Shown here piece after piece: positions 1 to 8,416 of a DNA stretch of 40,674 nucleotides (positions are counted from its first letter, which is position 1; every line of letters begins with the position of its first letter). The DNA is from a virus (Duplodnaviria; Caudoviricetes): the IMG/VR virus record IMGVR_UViG_3300031746_000063, positions 1-40,674 of that record; one strand, 5' to 3'. The translations under genes and the position numbers were made by a program. The notes under the pieces were generated by a model, which was not told where the DNA came from, searched no databases, and saw only the letters and a program-made list of their open reading frames with translations.

Positions 1-171
1 ATGCCCGTCGCCGAAAAGCAAAACGGAAAAGTGCTTGTCCTCGTGCCGGGCTGGGATGCCAATATATCATCTATAAAAAGGGCCATTCACAGTGCGGGTT
101 TTCCGGTCACGGAGGCGATCATAATGCTCGCTGGCTCCGAAGAAATCATATGCACCATTAAGTTCGCATGA
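1..171 (+). CDS. Hypothetical protein, possibly 5'-truncated by the window edge
   Basis: Frame 1 is open from base 1 (MPVAEKQNGKVLVLVPGWD...) to TGA 169-171, which overlaps the ATG of the next gene (ATGA). Confidence 0.55.
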   Translation: MPVAEKQNGKVLVLVPGWDANISSIKRAIHSAGFPVTEAIIMLAGSEEIICTIKFA

Positions 172-527
172 AGTACGAATCCCTGGCGCACCGCATCGTT
201 GCAAACACGGTGTGGACGGATGGACCCTTGGATACACAGTGCTGGATATGGGCCGGCAAGCGAGCCGCTAGTGGCACGCAGGGCGCGATCAATGTGCGCA
301 TAAAGCGGGGGCCGAACAAAGGAAAGGTAAGGACGAAGGCCGCGCATCGTGTTGCATACGAGCAAATAAAAGGCGTACGCCTCAAGAGGCACAGCATTAC
401 CCGGCATCTCTGCCACAACACGTTGTGCTGTAACCCTGAACATATGGTGGGTAACTCCACTAGCAGGGCGAACAACCGTGATACCGTCAAGGCTGGCAGG
501 CATCGCAATCAGTACTCTGCAAACTAG
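168..527 (+). CDS. HNH (His-Me finger) endonuclease
   Basis: CWIWAG...AHRVAYE...RHLCHNTLCCNPEH...N motif typical of phage HNH_3-type nucleases. Confidence 0.85.
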   Translation: MKYESLAHRIVANTVWTDGPLDTQCWIWAGKRAASGTQGAINVRIKRGPNKGKVRTKAAHRVAYEQIKGVRLKRHSITRHLCHNTLCCNPEHMVGNSTSRANNRDTVKAGRHRNQYSAN

Positions 528-528
528 G

Positions 529-548
529 TTTTGCCCTGCAGGGCAAAA
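529..548. repeat. Perfect 20-bp palindrome TTTTGCCCTGCAGGGCAAAA (operator-like or hairpin)
   Basis: Read directly. It is intergenic and lies just upstream of a TTGACG hexamer. Confidence 0.8.
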
Positions 549-554
549 GGCGCG

Positions 555-583
555 TTGACGCAGAGTAAAACTTGTAGTACCGT
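555..583 (+). promoter_or_regulatory. Putative sigma70-type promoter
   Basis: TTGACG (555-560), 17-bp spacer, TACCGT (578-583), followed by an AAGGAG RBS for the gene at 616. Confidence 0.4.
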
Positions 584-615
584 ATCACTTCTTTCCATCA
601 CTAAGGAGTACCGCT

Positions 616-867
616 ATGGCTGTAAAAAAACATGTAATGCCAGGGACATTCTCTCCCCGTAATACCTACCGGTTTCACGATATGGCGGTAGGAGAAATCC
701 TGAAGTTTACCAACACCGACCGCGATCCCCGTGCTGGTGCGCGAGCCTTATGTGCCGCATACGCTGTTGCCCGTCGTAGTGGTACCGGTAAAAAAGCCTT
801 GAAGTTCGCCGGTCGGACGGAGAAGGTGCGGGGCAAGAAGGTGATGCACATCTATCGCACGAAGTAA
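616..867 (+). CDS. Small basic hypothetical protein (possible DNA-binding)
   Basis: Strong AAGGAG RBS. K/R-rich, with a YRFxxMxVGE...RT pattern seen in small phage proteins. Confidence 0.7.
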   Translation: MAVKKHVMPGTFSPRNTYRFHDMAVGEILKFTNTDRDPRAGARALCAAYAVARRSGTGKKALKFAGRTEKVRGKKVMHIYRTK

Positions 868-879
868 ATCCCTACGATC

Positions 880-1221
880 ATGAATAACGTGTCTAACACT
901 ATCCAACTCGGCGGGCACGTATTCGATCTCGTAAAGAACGAAGTGCGCGTTGCTCCTGATGGCCCTTCGATGTCTTGCCTGGCCGCTGTCGAACAGATGC
1001 GAGTGTTTCATGGGCATCACACGGGCATCGAGTGCGTGTTCCGCCGCTTCCAACCGAACGACAAGTGGGCGAAGGTCAGGCTTAACAAAAACGGCGCGGG
1101 GCGGTTTGTGTTCGTAGACTTCACAGAGGCGACAGTGCCCACCAAAGCGTTCAATAGTACTACTGAGTTGTTCGACCACCTTACCAGCAGGCTCGCTCAG
1201 GCAGCAATTCAATGGACTTGA
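880..1221 (+). CDS. Hypothetical protein
   Basis: 113-aa ORF filling the gap and overlapping the polymerase start. Confidence 0.65.
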   Translation: MNNVSNTIQLGGHVFDLVKNEVRVAPDGPSMSCLAAVEQMRVFHGHHTGIECVFRRFQPNDKWAKVRLNKNGAGRFVFVDFTEATVPTKAFNSTTELFDHLTSRLAQAAIQWT

Positions 1222-3275
1222 TCACATTGGATTGGGAGACGTTCTATGGTAAGGGGTACTCCCTCTCTTCCATGAATACTGAAGCGTACATACGAGATCC
1301 GAGGTTTGAGCCCCTGATCCTCGGTATCAAGGTGAATGACCGGCCTGCGCGGGCATACCCTAGAGACGGAACGGACTGGAAGCTGGTGTTTCAGGCACTG
1401 GATATCGAGAATAACGCGGTGCTCTGCCACCACGCACACTTCGACGGGGCCATCCTTAACTGGCTCTATGGCATCAAGCCTAAGATATGGTTTGACACGC
1501 TCTCTATGGCACGTGCAGCAATCGGCAGCGTGTCGGCTAACGGCTTGGGGCTCGGTGCCATTTCGGAGCACTTAGGTACGGGCACGAAGGGCAAGGAAGT
1601 GCTGACGGCGTTCGATAAGCGCCTCGCCGACTTCACACCAACGGAATTGCGTGCGTACTGCGGATACTGCGCCGAGAATGAGGACTCGGATGTGAACCTG
1701 ACGTACCGTAATTTTCAGCAGATGATTGGGCAGTTCAGCAAGAGTGAATTACAGCTTATCGACGTAACCGTGCGGTTATTCACCGAGCCCCTGCTGCAGT
1801 TTGATCGGAATCTGCTGGAGCAGTACAAGAACAGCGTGGTGGCGAACAAAGCCCGCCTTATCATGCAAGCAGGCGTTACACGCGAAGAGTTGGCATCCAA
1901 CGATAAGTTTGCAGAAGTACTACGTCGATTGGATGTCGTACCCCCAATGAAGTTGAGCCCGACTCGCAAGGACGAGCAAGGCAGCCCCATCTGGACATAT
2001 GCCTTCGCCAAGACGGATGACGGGATAAAGATGCTACTGGACCACGAGGACGAGCGCGTGGTCGCCGTAACTGAGGCCCGCGTAGGAGTGAAAACATCTA
2101 TCGCAGAGACAAGAGCGCAACGCTATATTGATATGGCCGATCGTGGACCAGTGCCGATCTACATAAAGTATTGGGGCGCGGAACAGACTGGCAGGCACTC
2201 GGCTGGGGACAAAACAAACTTCCTGAACCTCGGACGCACCCGCCCACTAGACGCGGATGATCTGTATATGGGCTGCCCGGTCGTTACCCCAAAGGGCATG
2301 GGGCTGGTAGCGAAGGTATCCAAGGACGGCAAGCGGGTGCTGACTAGCCTCGGGGCGGAGAAGATCAAGGACTGCCACAAGATGGGGCTACGAGACAGCC
2401 TGTGGGCTCCACCTGGGCACGTTATCGTGGTGGGGGACTCCTCGAACATTGAAGCCCGCAAGGTGTGCTATCTGGCAGGGCAGGAAGATATTCTAAATGT
2501 GTACCGTAGCGGTGGAGATCCTTACATTCTCATGGCTTCGGAGTTATTCCAGAAAGAGATGACCAAGGAAACACATCCTGTGGAGCGCCAGCTAGGCAAA
2601 GTGATGGTGTTGTCCCTTGGGTTCGGTGCAGGGGAAGAAAAGTTTCTTGTGATTGTTCGCGGCTGGGACTATGGCCCTGCTCGGGAGCAAGTTCAGAAGT
2701 ACTTGGATGACGAGCGCCTGCTGCGCGGTGCTGTGCGCGTGTTCCGTAACAAGTATTGGTGTGTAAAAGATCTGTGGGATTACCAACGGGATGTAGTGAT
2801 CCCGGCTCTGGCGGAGAAGAAACGAGTTTACGCCGACTCCAAAAATTTGACCTACACAACCGACGAAGGTACGATACTACTACCGAATGACCGGTGCTTG
2901 CGGTACCCTAACATCAGGCTGACAACGAACAAGACAGCAGTACCTGGCACCCGTGCCTGGGGTAAAGAATGGGTGTTCGATGTCATGCAGGGGCGTCGCC
3001 AGATCCCAACCAAGATATACGGCGGGAAGATGGTGGAAAACGAAACGCAGGCGATGGCGCGTGTGATTGTGATGGACCAAGTTGTACAGATATCCCGCAA
3101 GTATCGCGTGGTGTTGTCGGTGTACGACGAGGCTGTGTGCTGTGTGCCTGAAGAGCAAGCAGAAGAATGTGAGGCGTATGTCAAGCAGTGCTTGTCTACG
3201 CCGCCTAAGTGGGCACCTGATTTTCCGGTCGCTGCGGAAACAGGAGTAGGTAATTTTTACGGTGCATGTAAATAG
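1212..3275 (+). CDS. polA: Family A DNA polymerase with N-terminal 3'-5' exonuclease
   Basis: ExoI DWET, ExoII HHAHFD, TGR motif, motif A DSSNIEAR, motif B RQLGKVMVLSLGFG, ENETQAMAR, motif C VYDE. Confidence 0.95.
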   Translation: MDLITLDWETFYGKGYSLSSMNTEAYIRDPRFEPLILGIKVNDRPARAYPRDGTDWKLVFQALDIENNAVLCHHAHFDGAILNWLYGIKPKIWFDTLSMARAAIGSVSANGLGLGAISEHLGTGTKGKEVLTAFDKRLADFTPTELRAYCGYCAENEDSDVNLTYRNFQQMIGQFSKSELQLIDVTVRLFTEPLLQFDRNLLEQYKNSVVANKARLIMQAGVTREELASNDKFAEVLRRLDVVPPMKLSPTRKDEQGSPIWTYAFAKTDDGIKMLLDHEDERVVAVTEARVGVKTSIAETRAQRYIDMADRGPVPIYIKYWGAEQTGRHSAGDKTNFLNLGRTRPLDADDLYMGCPVVTPKGMGLVAKVSKDGKRVLTSLGAEKIKDCHKMGLRDSLWAPPGHVIVVGDSSNIEARKVCYLAGQEDILNVYRSGGDPYILMASELFQKEMTKETHPVERQLGKVMVLSLGFGAGEEKFLVIVRGWDYGPAREQVQKYLDDERLLRGAVRVFRNKYWCVKDLWDYQRDVVIPALAEKKRVYADSKNLTYTTDEGTILLPNDRCLRYPNIRLTTNKTAVPGTRAWGKEWVFDVMQGRRQIPTKIYGGKMVENETQAMARVIVMDQVVQISRKYRVVLSVYDEAVCCVPEEQAEECEAYVKQCLSTPPKWAPDFPVAAETGVGNFYGACK

Positions 3276-3286
3276 AGGAGACAGGC

Positions 3287-3496
3287 ATGAGCGCATTGGA
3301 AGGCCCGAGTTGCGACAAGTGTATGTACGTAGACAGCATCATTGACAAGGACTCGCTATCGCGGAGTTACAACTGCCGCAGGAATCCACCTACAGCAGTA
3401 GTAACCGCGCAGGGGCAAGGAATTTCATTTTTTCCGCCGACACAGCCACAGTTCGCATGCGGGGAGTTCCGCATCTCTATCCATGCGGTGCACTAA
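3287..3496 (+). CDS. Small Cys-rich (putative Zn-binding) phage protein
   Basis: GAGGAG RBS. CDKC...CRRNPP...FP...CGEF pattern. Confidence 0.75.
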   Translation: MSALEGPSCDKCMYVDSIIDKDSLSRSYNCRRNPPTAVVTAQGQGISFFPPTQPQFACGEFRISIHAVH

Positions 3497-3651
3497 TGGC
3501 GCTCGGCCCGTTACCAGTAAAGCGAGAAGCGGAGCAGTGCCTGCTCGATTATTACAACAAGGCGCACTGTCACTGGTCCCCGCTTAACATGATTCGCTTG
3601 ATAGCGAAACTTCTTACCTACATAAATCAACAGGAGAGACAGCATGAGTGA
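3496..3651 (+). CDS. Hypothetical protein (51 aa)
   Basis: ATG overlaps the previous TAA (TAATG). Ends overlapping the next gene. Confidence 0.55.
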   Translation: MALGPLPVKREAEQCLLDYYNKAHCHWSPLNMIRLIAKLLTYINQQERQHE

Positions 3652-3841
3652 ACCTCGTAAACCCCCAAGCCGCGAAGCCGCGCAAGAGTTCTATACCAAC
3701 GTCATCGACTTGGGCAAATTAGCCCGCGAGAATTACATGCGCGAAACGCGGCTAGGGCTGCGATCCCCAAATTTCACCGAGCTGCGGGAGCTGGACATGA
3801 ACATCGAAATCTGCGAGAAGGAATTGGAGAAGTTCAAGTGA
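3644..3841 (+). CDS. Hypothetical protein
   Basis: AGGAG RBS, coupled to both neighbours. Confidence 0.65.
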   Translation: MSEPRKPPSREAAQEFYTNVIDLGKLARENYMRETRLGLRSPNFTELRELDMNIEICEKELEKFK

Positions 3842-4026
3842 GCACAAAATACATCCTGCAAAGTACGAAACCGGGCGGGCCGTGCTTCGATATCTTGTCT
3901 TACGATCCGGAGACAAAGACAGGTAAACTGAAGGGCACCTTGGGCGCAGAGTTCGAGCATGACATGAGCAAAGAACATCTGACCAAGTACGGGTACAAAG
4001 TCGTCCCGAAACCCACAGGAGAATGA
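3838..4026 (+). CDS. Hypothetical protein
   Basis: GTGA overlap with GGAG RBS, and ATGA overlap with the next gene. Confidence 0.65.
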   Translation: MSTKYILQSTKPGGPCFDILSYDPETKTGKLKGTLGAEFEHDMSKEHLTKYGYKVVPKPTGE

Positions 4027-4316
4027 TCATGCCGAGCACCCCCGGATACAAACGTAACTATGGACAGGAATACAAAACCGCAGAGAAGCGCGGGGAAGTG
4101 TCCAGTGGCAGTGGCGGAGAGAACGCCCTGCGTCACAAAGCCCGTCGCGCCCTAGAAAAGAAGGGCATGGTCAAGAAGAACGACGGACAGGACGTGGACC
4201 ATATCACGCCGCTATCCAAGGGTGGTTCCGGCGCGATAACCAATACCCGCGTGCAGTCGGCGCACAACAACCGTAGTTACCCGCGTACATCCAAAGGGGC
4301 GATTAAGAAAACATGA
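4023..4316 (+). CDS. Small HNH endonuclease
   Basis: DVDHITPLSKGG...N.RV.SAHNNRS HNH signature. Confidence 0.85.
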   Translation: MIMPSTPGYKRNYGQEYKTAEKRGEVSSGSGGENALRHKARRALEKKGMVKKNDGQDVDHITPLSKGGSGAITNTRVQSAHNNRSYPRTSKGAIKKT

Positions 4317-5023
4317 AGCCGCTGCCCTGGAGTCACAGCAGTTTGGAGAAGTTTCGCAACTGCCCGCATGCGTACCACGAGATTAAGGTGCTGCAGAACT
4401 TCACGGATGCGCAACACGAGTCCTCGATATGGGGGAATTGGGCGCACGAGCAGATCGAGTTCCACTACGGATACAAGACGCAACAGCCGTGGCACGAGAA
4501 CATGCTGCCGTATGTTCCCCACATCGAAGCAGCGTTGGCGTGGGCTGGCGGAGTAGGGTACAGCCCCGGCACTGCGGATGTTCCCTGCAAGCTGACCATG
4601 CTGGAAAAGCGCCTGGCGCTAAATACGAAAATCAAACCCTGCGAGTGGGAAGATCCTGACGTATGGGGCCGGGGCATCGTGGATGCGCTTATCATCAACG
4701 GGCCGGTAGCTTATGTAATTGACTGGAAAACAGGCAAAGTGAAGCCGGACTCAGAACAGTTGAAGCTGTTTGCACTGCTAGTGTTCTACCACTATCCGTG
4801 GGTAACAGAATGTCATACCTCTTTCGAGTGGCTGCAGCACGGCAAGAACACGAGGGAAAGGTACTTTCTGTTAAATGTGCATGACATGTGGCGGAGTTAC
4901 ATGCCGAAGCTGACCGAGTACAAAACAGCATTCAAGACGGATACGTGGCAGAAGCGCCCATCAGGTTTGTGCAACGGCTGGTGCGCTGTTGAAAATTGCA
5001 TCCACTGGAAACCGAAGAGATGA
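4313..5023 (+). CDS. PD-(D/E)XK Cas4/RecB-like exonuclease with probable Fe-S cluster
   Basis: N-terminal WSHS...CP, E, GIVD, IDWKTG, QLKLF and C-terminal CNGWC...C cysteines. Confidence 0.85.
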   Translation: MKPLPWSHSSLEKFRNCPHAYHEIKVLQNFTDAQHESSIWGNWAHEQIEFHYGYKTQQPWHENMLPYVPHIEAALAWAGGVGYSPGTADVPCKLTMLEKRLALNTKIKPCEWEDPDVWGRGIVDALIINGPVAYVIDWKTGKVKPDSEQLKLFALLVFYHYPWVTECHTSFEWLQHGKNTRERYFLLNVHDMWRSYMPKLTEYKTAFKTDTWQKRPSGLCNGWCAVENCIHWKPKR

Positions 5024-5343
5024 TCATGGCGAGTGAATGGCTTGATTGGTACTACACGAAACCTCCCATCAGTACGATCGTGTGGGGCAAGTGGAGCCTC
5101 ACGCAAAATTGGGTACCAGTGCGTACCTGTCCGAATGGCTGCTGCGTTAGTGACGCCTTCGGTGCGATGCAGAACCCTAACTTCTGGAAGAGCATGACGC
5201 CAGAAGAACAACAGCAGGCGGAGGTTACGTGGCAGGCGCAGAGGGGTTCACTGGAAGAACAACTGAGGGCCAAGGTCGTTGAGATGGTTGAGAGCGGGCT
5301 GCCCGTGGAACTGGTTGCCGAGAATCGGAGGGTACTGCATTGA
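5020..5343 (+). CDS. Hypothetical protein (Trp-rich N-terminus)
   Basis: ATGA overlap with the exonuclease stop. Confidence 0.6.
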   Translation: MIMASEWLDWYYTKPPISTIVWGKWSLTQNWVPVRTCPNGCCVSDAFGAMQNPNFWKSMTPEEQQQAEVTWQAQRGSLEEQLRAKVVEMVESGLPVELVAENRRVLH

Positions 5344-5525
5344 GCACAACACAACGCAAGAAAGCTATCAGACGGCTACGCGATGAAGGATTTCAAGCGT
5401 ACAAGGATGGCAGGGCACGTTGCAATAACCCCTACCCCACGCATTCGTCGGACCACCAGCAGTGGTGGCTCGGCTGGAGTGGCGCCGAGATGGAACACCT
5501 GTGCGATAAGGAGAATACTGCATGA
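5340..5525 (+). CDS. Ribosome modulation factor (RMF/CrpP-fold)-like protein
   Basis: EGFQAYKDGRARCNNPY...QQWWLGW parallels the RMF pattern GYxAGxxG...CPY...WLGGW. GGAGG RBS with TTG start. Confidence 0.65.
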   Translation: MSTTQRKKAIRRLRDEGFQAYKDGRARCNNPYPTHSSDHQQWWLGWSGAEMEHLCDKENTA

Positions 5526-5851
5526 CACCCGAGGGCCGCGTAAAGGAAATTATCAAGCGCGTACTGGATAGGTATAAGCCAGAACTAATTGGCGAGTGGC
5601 CTGTACTGAACGGCATGAGCACCCCGACACTGGACTACAACGGATGCTTCAAGGGGTATTCATTCAAGATCGAAGCCAAAGCGCCAGGGAAGAAACTGAC
5701 ACCCCGACAGGCGCAAATAAGCAAGCAGTGGCAGGCAGCAGGCTGCAAAATCTTTGAAATAGACGGAGACGTAACACAGTTAGTGTTTTGGCTTGAAGTA
5801 CTACACAACTCACCATCTGCATCTCAACTCATTAAAGGATATAAGCCATGA
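5522..5851 (+). CDS. VRR-NUC domain nuclease (Holliday junction resolvase-like)
   Basis: MTPEGRVK...PTLD...IEAKAPGKKLTPRQ...AAG motif. Confidence 0.85.
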   Translation: MTPEGRVKEIIKRVLDRYKPELIGEWPVLNGMSTPTLDYNGCFKGYSFKIEAKAPGKKLTPRQAQISKQWQAAGCKIFEIDGDVTQLVFWLEVLHNSPSASQLIKGYKP

Positions 5852-6708
5852 GCAAGAACAAGAATCTCGAATTGACTCCCGGTAAAGTGAAAGAAGCGAT
5901 GCAACTGGCGAACGCTTCTTCGTCGGACCTGTGGAAAGTGGCACCGGATAATATCAAACTGATCCCCGAGTTCAATGCTCGCATCGTTGATGCTGAGTAC
6001 ATCCGGCAAGTACGCACCCTTGCCAACTCCATGAAGGTTGAAGGGTTCTACCCGGATAAACCCCTGACAGGATACGTTGGTGTTACTAAAGGCGGGCAGA
6101 TCATTTACCTGACTGACGGCCACCGCAGGCTCGAAGCCGCCAAGCTGGCAATCAGTGAAGGCGCTGAGATCGAAAAGCTGCCGATCATCGTTGCCGCCAA
6201 GGGTACGTCCGTTATCGACCTGACCGTAGCACTGGTTAAGGGTAACGCCGGCCAGCCGTTGAAGCCCTATGAAGTTGCTGTCGTATGCAAGCGCCTGGCG
6301 CGGTTCGGCTGGGATGATGCGAAGATCGCCGAGCGACTGGACTTTACCCAAGGGTACGTTGCAGACTTGCTGTTGCTTATGGCGTCTCCCGAGCCCATCC
6401 ACGAAGCTGTACGCTCCGGCACAATGTCGATGACGACAGCAGTGGAGCTGTGCGTCGAGCACGGCGCGGGAGTAGTGGAGTACCTGGATCAGTGCAAGAA
6501 GGCAGCGGCAGATGCAGGCAAGACCAAGATCACCAAGGCAATGCTCCCCGGCGAAGCACTGAAACGCTACGCCAAGAAGAATGCGAACATGGCGTTTGGT
6601 GCACTGAAACTTATTCAGGCAGATCCTGCGTATATAGCTCTGAATTCCGATCTCCGGCTTAAACTGGACGCCCTGTTGGCAAACGCCGAAAAAGCCGGAA
6701 AGAAATGA
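5848..6708 (+). CDS. ParB/Srx-like N-terminal domain protein with HTH
   Basis: FNAR, DGHRRL arginine patch, N-x3-PL, and the helix-turn-helix-like GWDDAKIAERLDFTQGYV. Confidence 0.85.
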   Translation: MSKNKNLELTPGKVKEAMQLANASSSDLWKVAPDNIKLIPEFNARIVDAEYIRQVRTLANSMKVEGFYPDKPLTGYVGVTKGGQIIYLTDGHRRLEAAKLAISEGAEIEKLPIIVAAKGTSVIDLTVALVKGNAGQPLKPYEVAVVCKRLARFGWDDAKIAERLDFTQGYVADLLLLMASPEPIHEAVRSGTMSMTTAVELCVEHGAGVVEYLDQCKKAAADAGKTKITKAMLPGEALKRYAKKNANMAFGALKLIQADPAYIALNSDLRLKLDALLANAEKAGKK

Positions 6709-6791
6709 CCCCCTGGTCGCTGACTGTCGGGCTGGTATGCGGTGTTATCGCGTACGTGGTTTATATTATTGTAGATAGTTTCAGAAAGTAA
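6705..6791 (+). CDS. 28-aa single-pass membrane peptide
   Basis: ATGA overlap. MTPWSLTVGLVCGVIAYVVYIIVDSFRK exactly fills the gap between ParB and the helicase. Confidence 0.5.
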   Translation: MTPWSLTVGLVCGVIAYVVYIIVDSFRK

Positions 6792-6793
6792 AA

Positions 6794-8416
6794 ATGTTAG
6801 TCGATCTCCCATCCCGCAGCTTGCTGCTGCGGGTCAGGCAGCCTGCCCTCATTCAATCCGTAATCCCGAAGGCGAAGCTGTTCAATTACCAAGGCCACAA
6901 TCTGGCCGTACGGTTTGGTATGGATGAAGTCCGTGTGCTCAATCACATGGGCATCAAAGCGCCCTCGCCAATACTGTATGACTACACGTGGCCGGGAAAA
7001 TTTACACATATTATGGAGCATCAAAAAGCCACGGCGGCAATGCTCACGATCGAAAAACGGGCGTTCGTGCTGAATGAGACGGGCACGATGAAAACCGCCA
7101 GCTCGCTGTGGGCCGCTGACTACTTGATGACACAGGGGCTGGTCCATAAGGTACTGATCTGCGCGAAGCTATCAACACTAGAACGGGTGTGGATGGAAGA
7201 AATTTTCTCCGTGCTCATGCATCGCAGTGCGGTAGTACTGCATGATTCGCTGAACCGCCGTATCGAGAAGCTGGCGCGCAACGTGGATTTCTACATTATC
7301 AACCACGAAGGCGTGCAGTTACTGGAAGATGAAATCCGTGCCCGCAAGGACATCGACTTGATCATATACGACGAGGCGAGCGAACTGCGTAACGCAGGGA
7401 ACGACAAGTACAACGCCCTCAGTCGCTTGCTGTTTACCAAACGCGGGCGATCGCATCACCGCTTCTGGCCCATGACTGCAACGCCTTGCCCGAACGCTCC
7501 TACAGATGCGTGGGCATTAGCAAGGCTGGTATCCCCTGAGTTGGTACCTGGGCACTTCAATGCGTTTAAGAGGATGACAATGTTGCAAGTGTCGCAGTAT
7601 AAGTGGATACCCAAGAAAGAATCTACGGTGATGGCATACAACGCCATGCAACCGGCAATTCGGTTTCGTAAACAAGACTGCCTTGATCTCCCACCAATGG
7701 TGGTAGAGGAACGCACTACTGAACTGTCATCCGCGCAGAAGAAAGCGTACGATACCATGCGAATGCACTTGGTACTGGAGGGCAGTGCCGGAACAATTAC
7801 AGCAGTTAATGCGGCTGACAAGATCAACAAACTACGCCAGATTCTGTGCGGCGCAGTCAAGCACCCTGATACGGGCGTGTACACGCCTCTGGATCACAAG
7901 CCTCGGTTCAACTTGCTGCTCGAATGTATTGCAGAAGCCTCGGCCAAAACGCTTGTGATTGTACCGTTCAAAGGCATTACACAATTCTTGTACGAAGAAC
8001 TGGATCAGTATTACCAGCAGAAAGCGAAGGCGGGAGCAGACGATGCTTGGAAGTATAAATTTTCGGTGCTGAACGGGGATGTAAGCCCGCGCCGTCGTAA
8101 CGAAATCATCACCGAGTTCAAACACGGAAAAGAACCTGGAGGGTTACTCTGCCACCCGAAGGTGATGGCGCATGGCCTGAACCTGACGGAAGCGGACACA
8201 GTGATCTTCTACGCGCCGATCTATTCCAATGACGAATTCGCCCAAGTGATCGAGCGGATCAGCCGGCCAGGGCAAACTCATAAGATGACAGTAATACGCA
8301 TGGGTACGGCGCGTATCCCGCTAGAGTGGAGTATCTACAAAATGCTCGACGGGAAAGCAGAAGAGCAGGAAAACATTTTGGATCTGTACAGACAAACCAT
8401 CGGAGGACAACCATGA
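6794..8416 (+). CDS. SNF2-family (SF2) helicase
   Basis: HQ motif, ETGTMKT Walker A, DEAS, MTATP, HGLNLT and QVIERISRPGQ motifs. Confidence 0.92.
   Translation: MLVDLPSRSLLLRVRQPALIQSVIPKAKLFNYQGHNLAVRFGMDEVRVLNHMGIKAPSPILYDYTWPGKFTHIMEHQKATAAMLTIEKRAFVLNETGTMKTASSLWAADYLMTQGLVHKVLICAKLSTLERVWMEEIFSVLMHRSAVVLHDSLNRRIEKLARNVDFYIINHEGVQLLEDEIRARKDIDLIIYDEASELRNAGNDKYNALSRLLFTKRGRSHHRFWPMTATPCPNAPTDAWALARLVSPELVPGHFNAFKRMTMLQVSQYKWIPKKESTVMAYNAMQPAIRFRKQDCLDLPPMVVEERTTELSSAQKKAYDTMRMHLVLEGSAGTITAVNAADKINKLRQILCGAVKHPDTGVYTPLDHKPRFNLLLECIAEASAKTLVIVPFKGITQFLYEELDQYYQQKAKAGADDAWKYKFSVLNGDVSPRRRNEIITEFKHGKEPGGLLCHPKVMAHGLNLTEADTVIFYAPIYSNDEFAQVIERISRPGQTHKMTVIRMGTARIPLEWSIYKMLDGKAEEQENILDLYRQTIGGQP

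Noticed and set aside
2238-2384. Intein in the DNA polymerase
   Set aside because: Too short, with no N-terminal C/S block A start and no HN-C/S/T C-terminal junction.
4013-4025. CCACAGGAGAATG at the junction of the genes at 3838 and 4023 as a tenth box C
   Set aside because: A single heptamer without the GCA prefix, read in a different peptide context (KPTGE). It could arise by chance from an AGGAG RBS.
8326-8412. N-terminal extension of the exonuclease in the ORF track
   Set aside because: It overlaps the helicase. The GGAGG RBS and ATGA overlap place the start at 8413.
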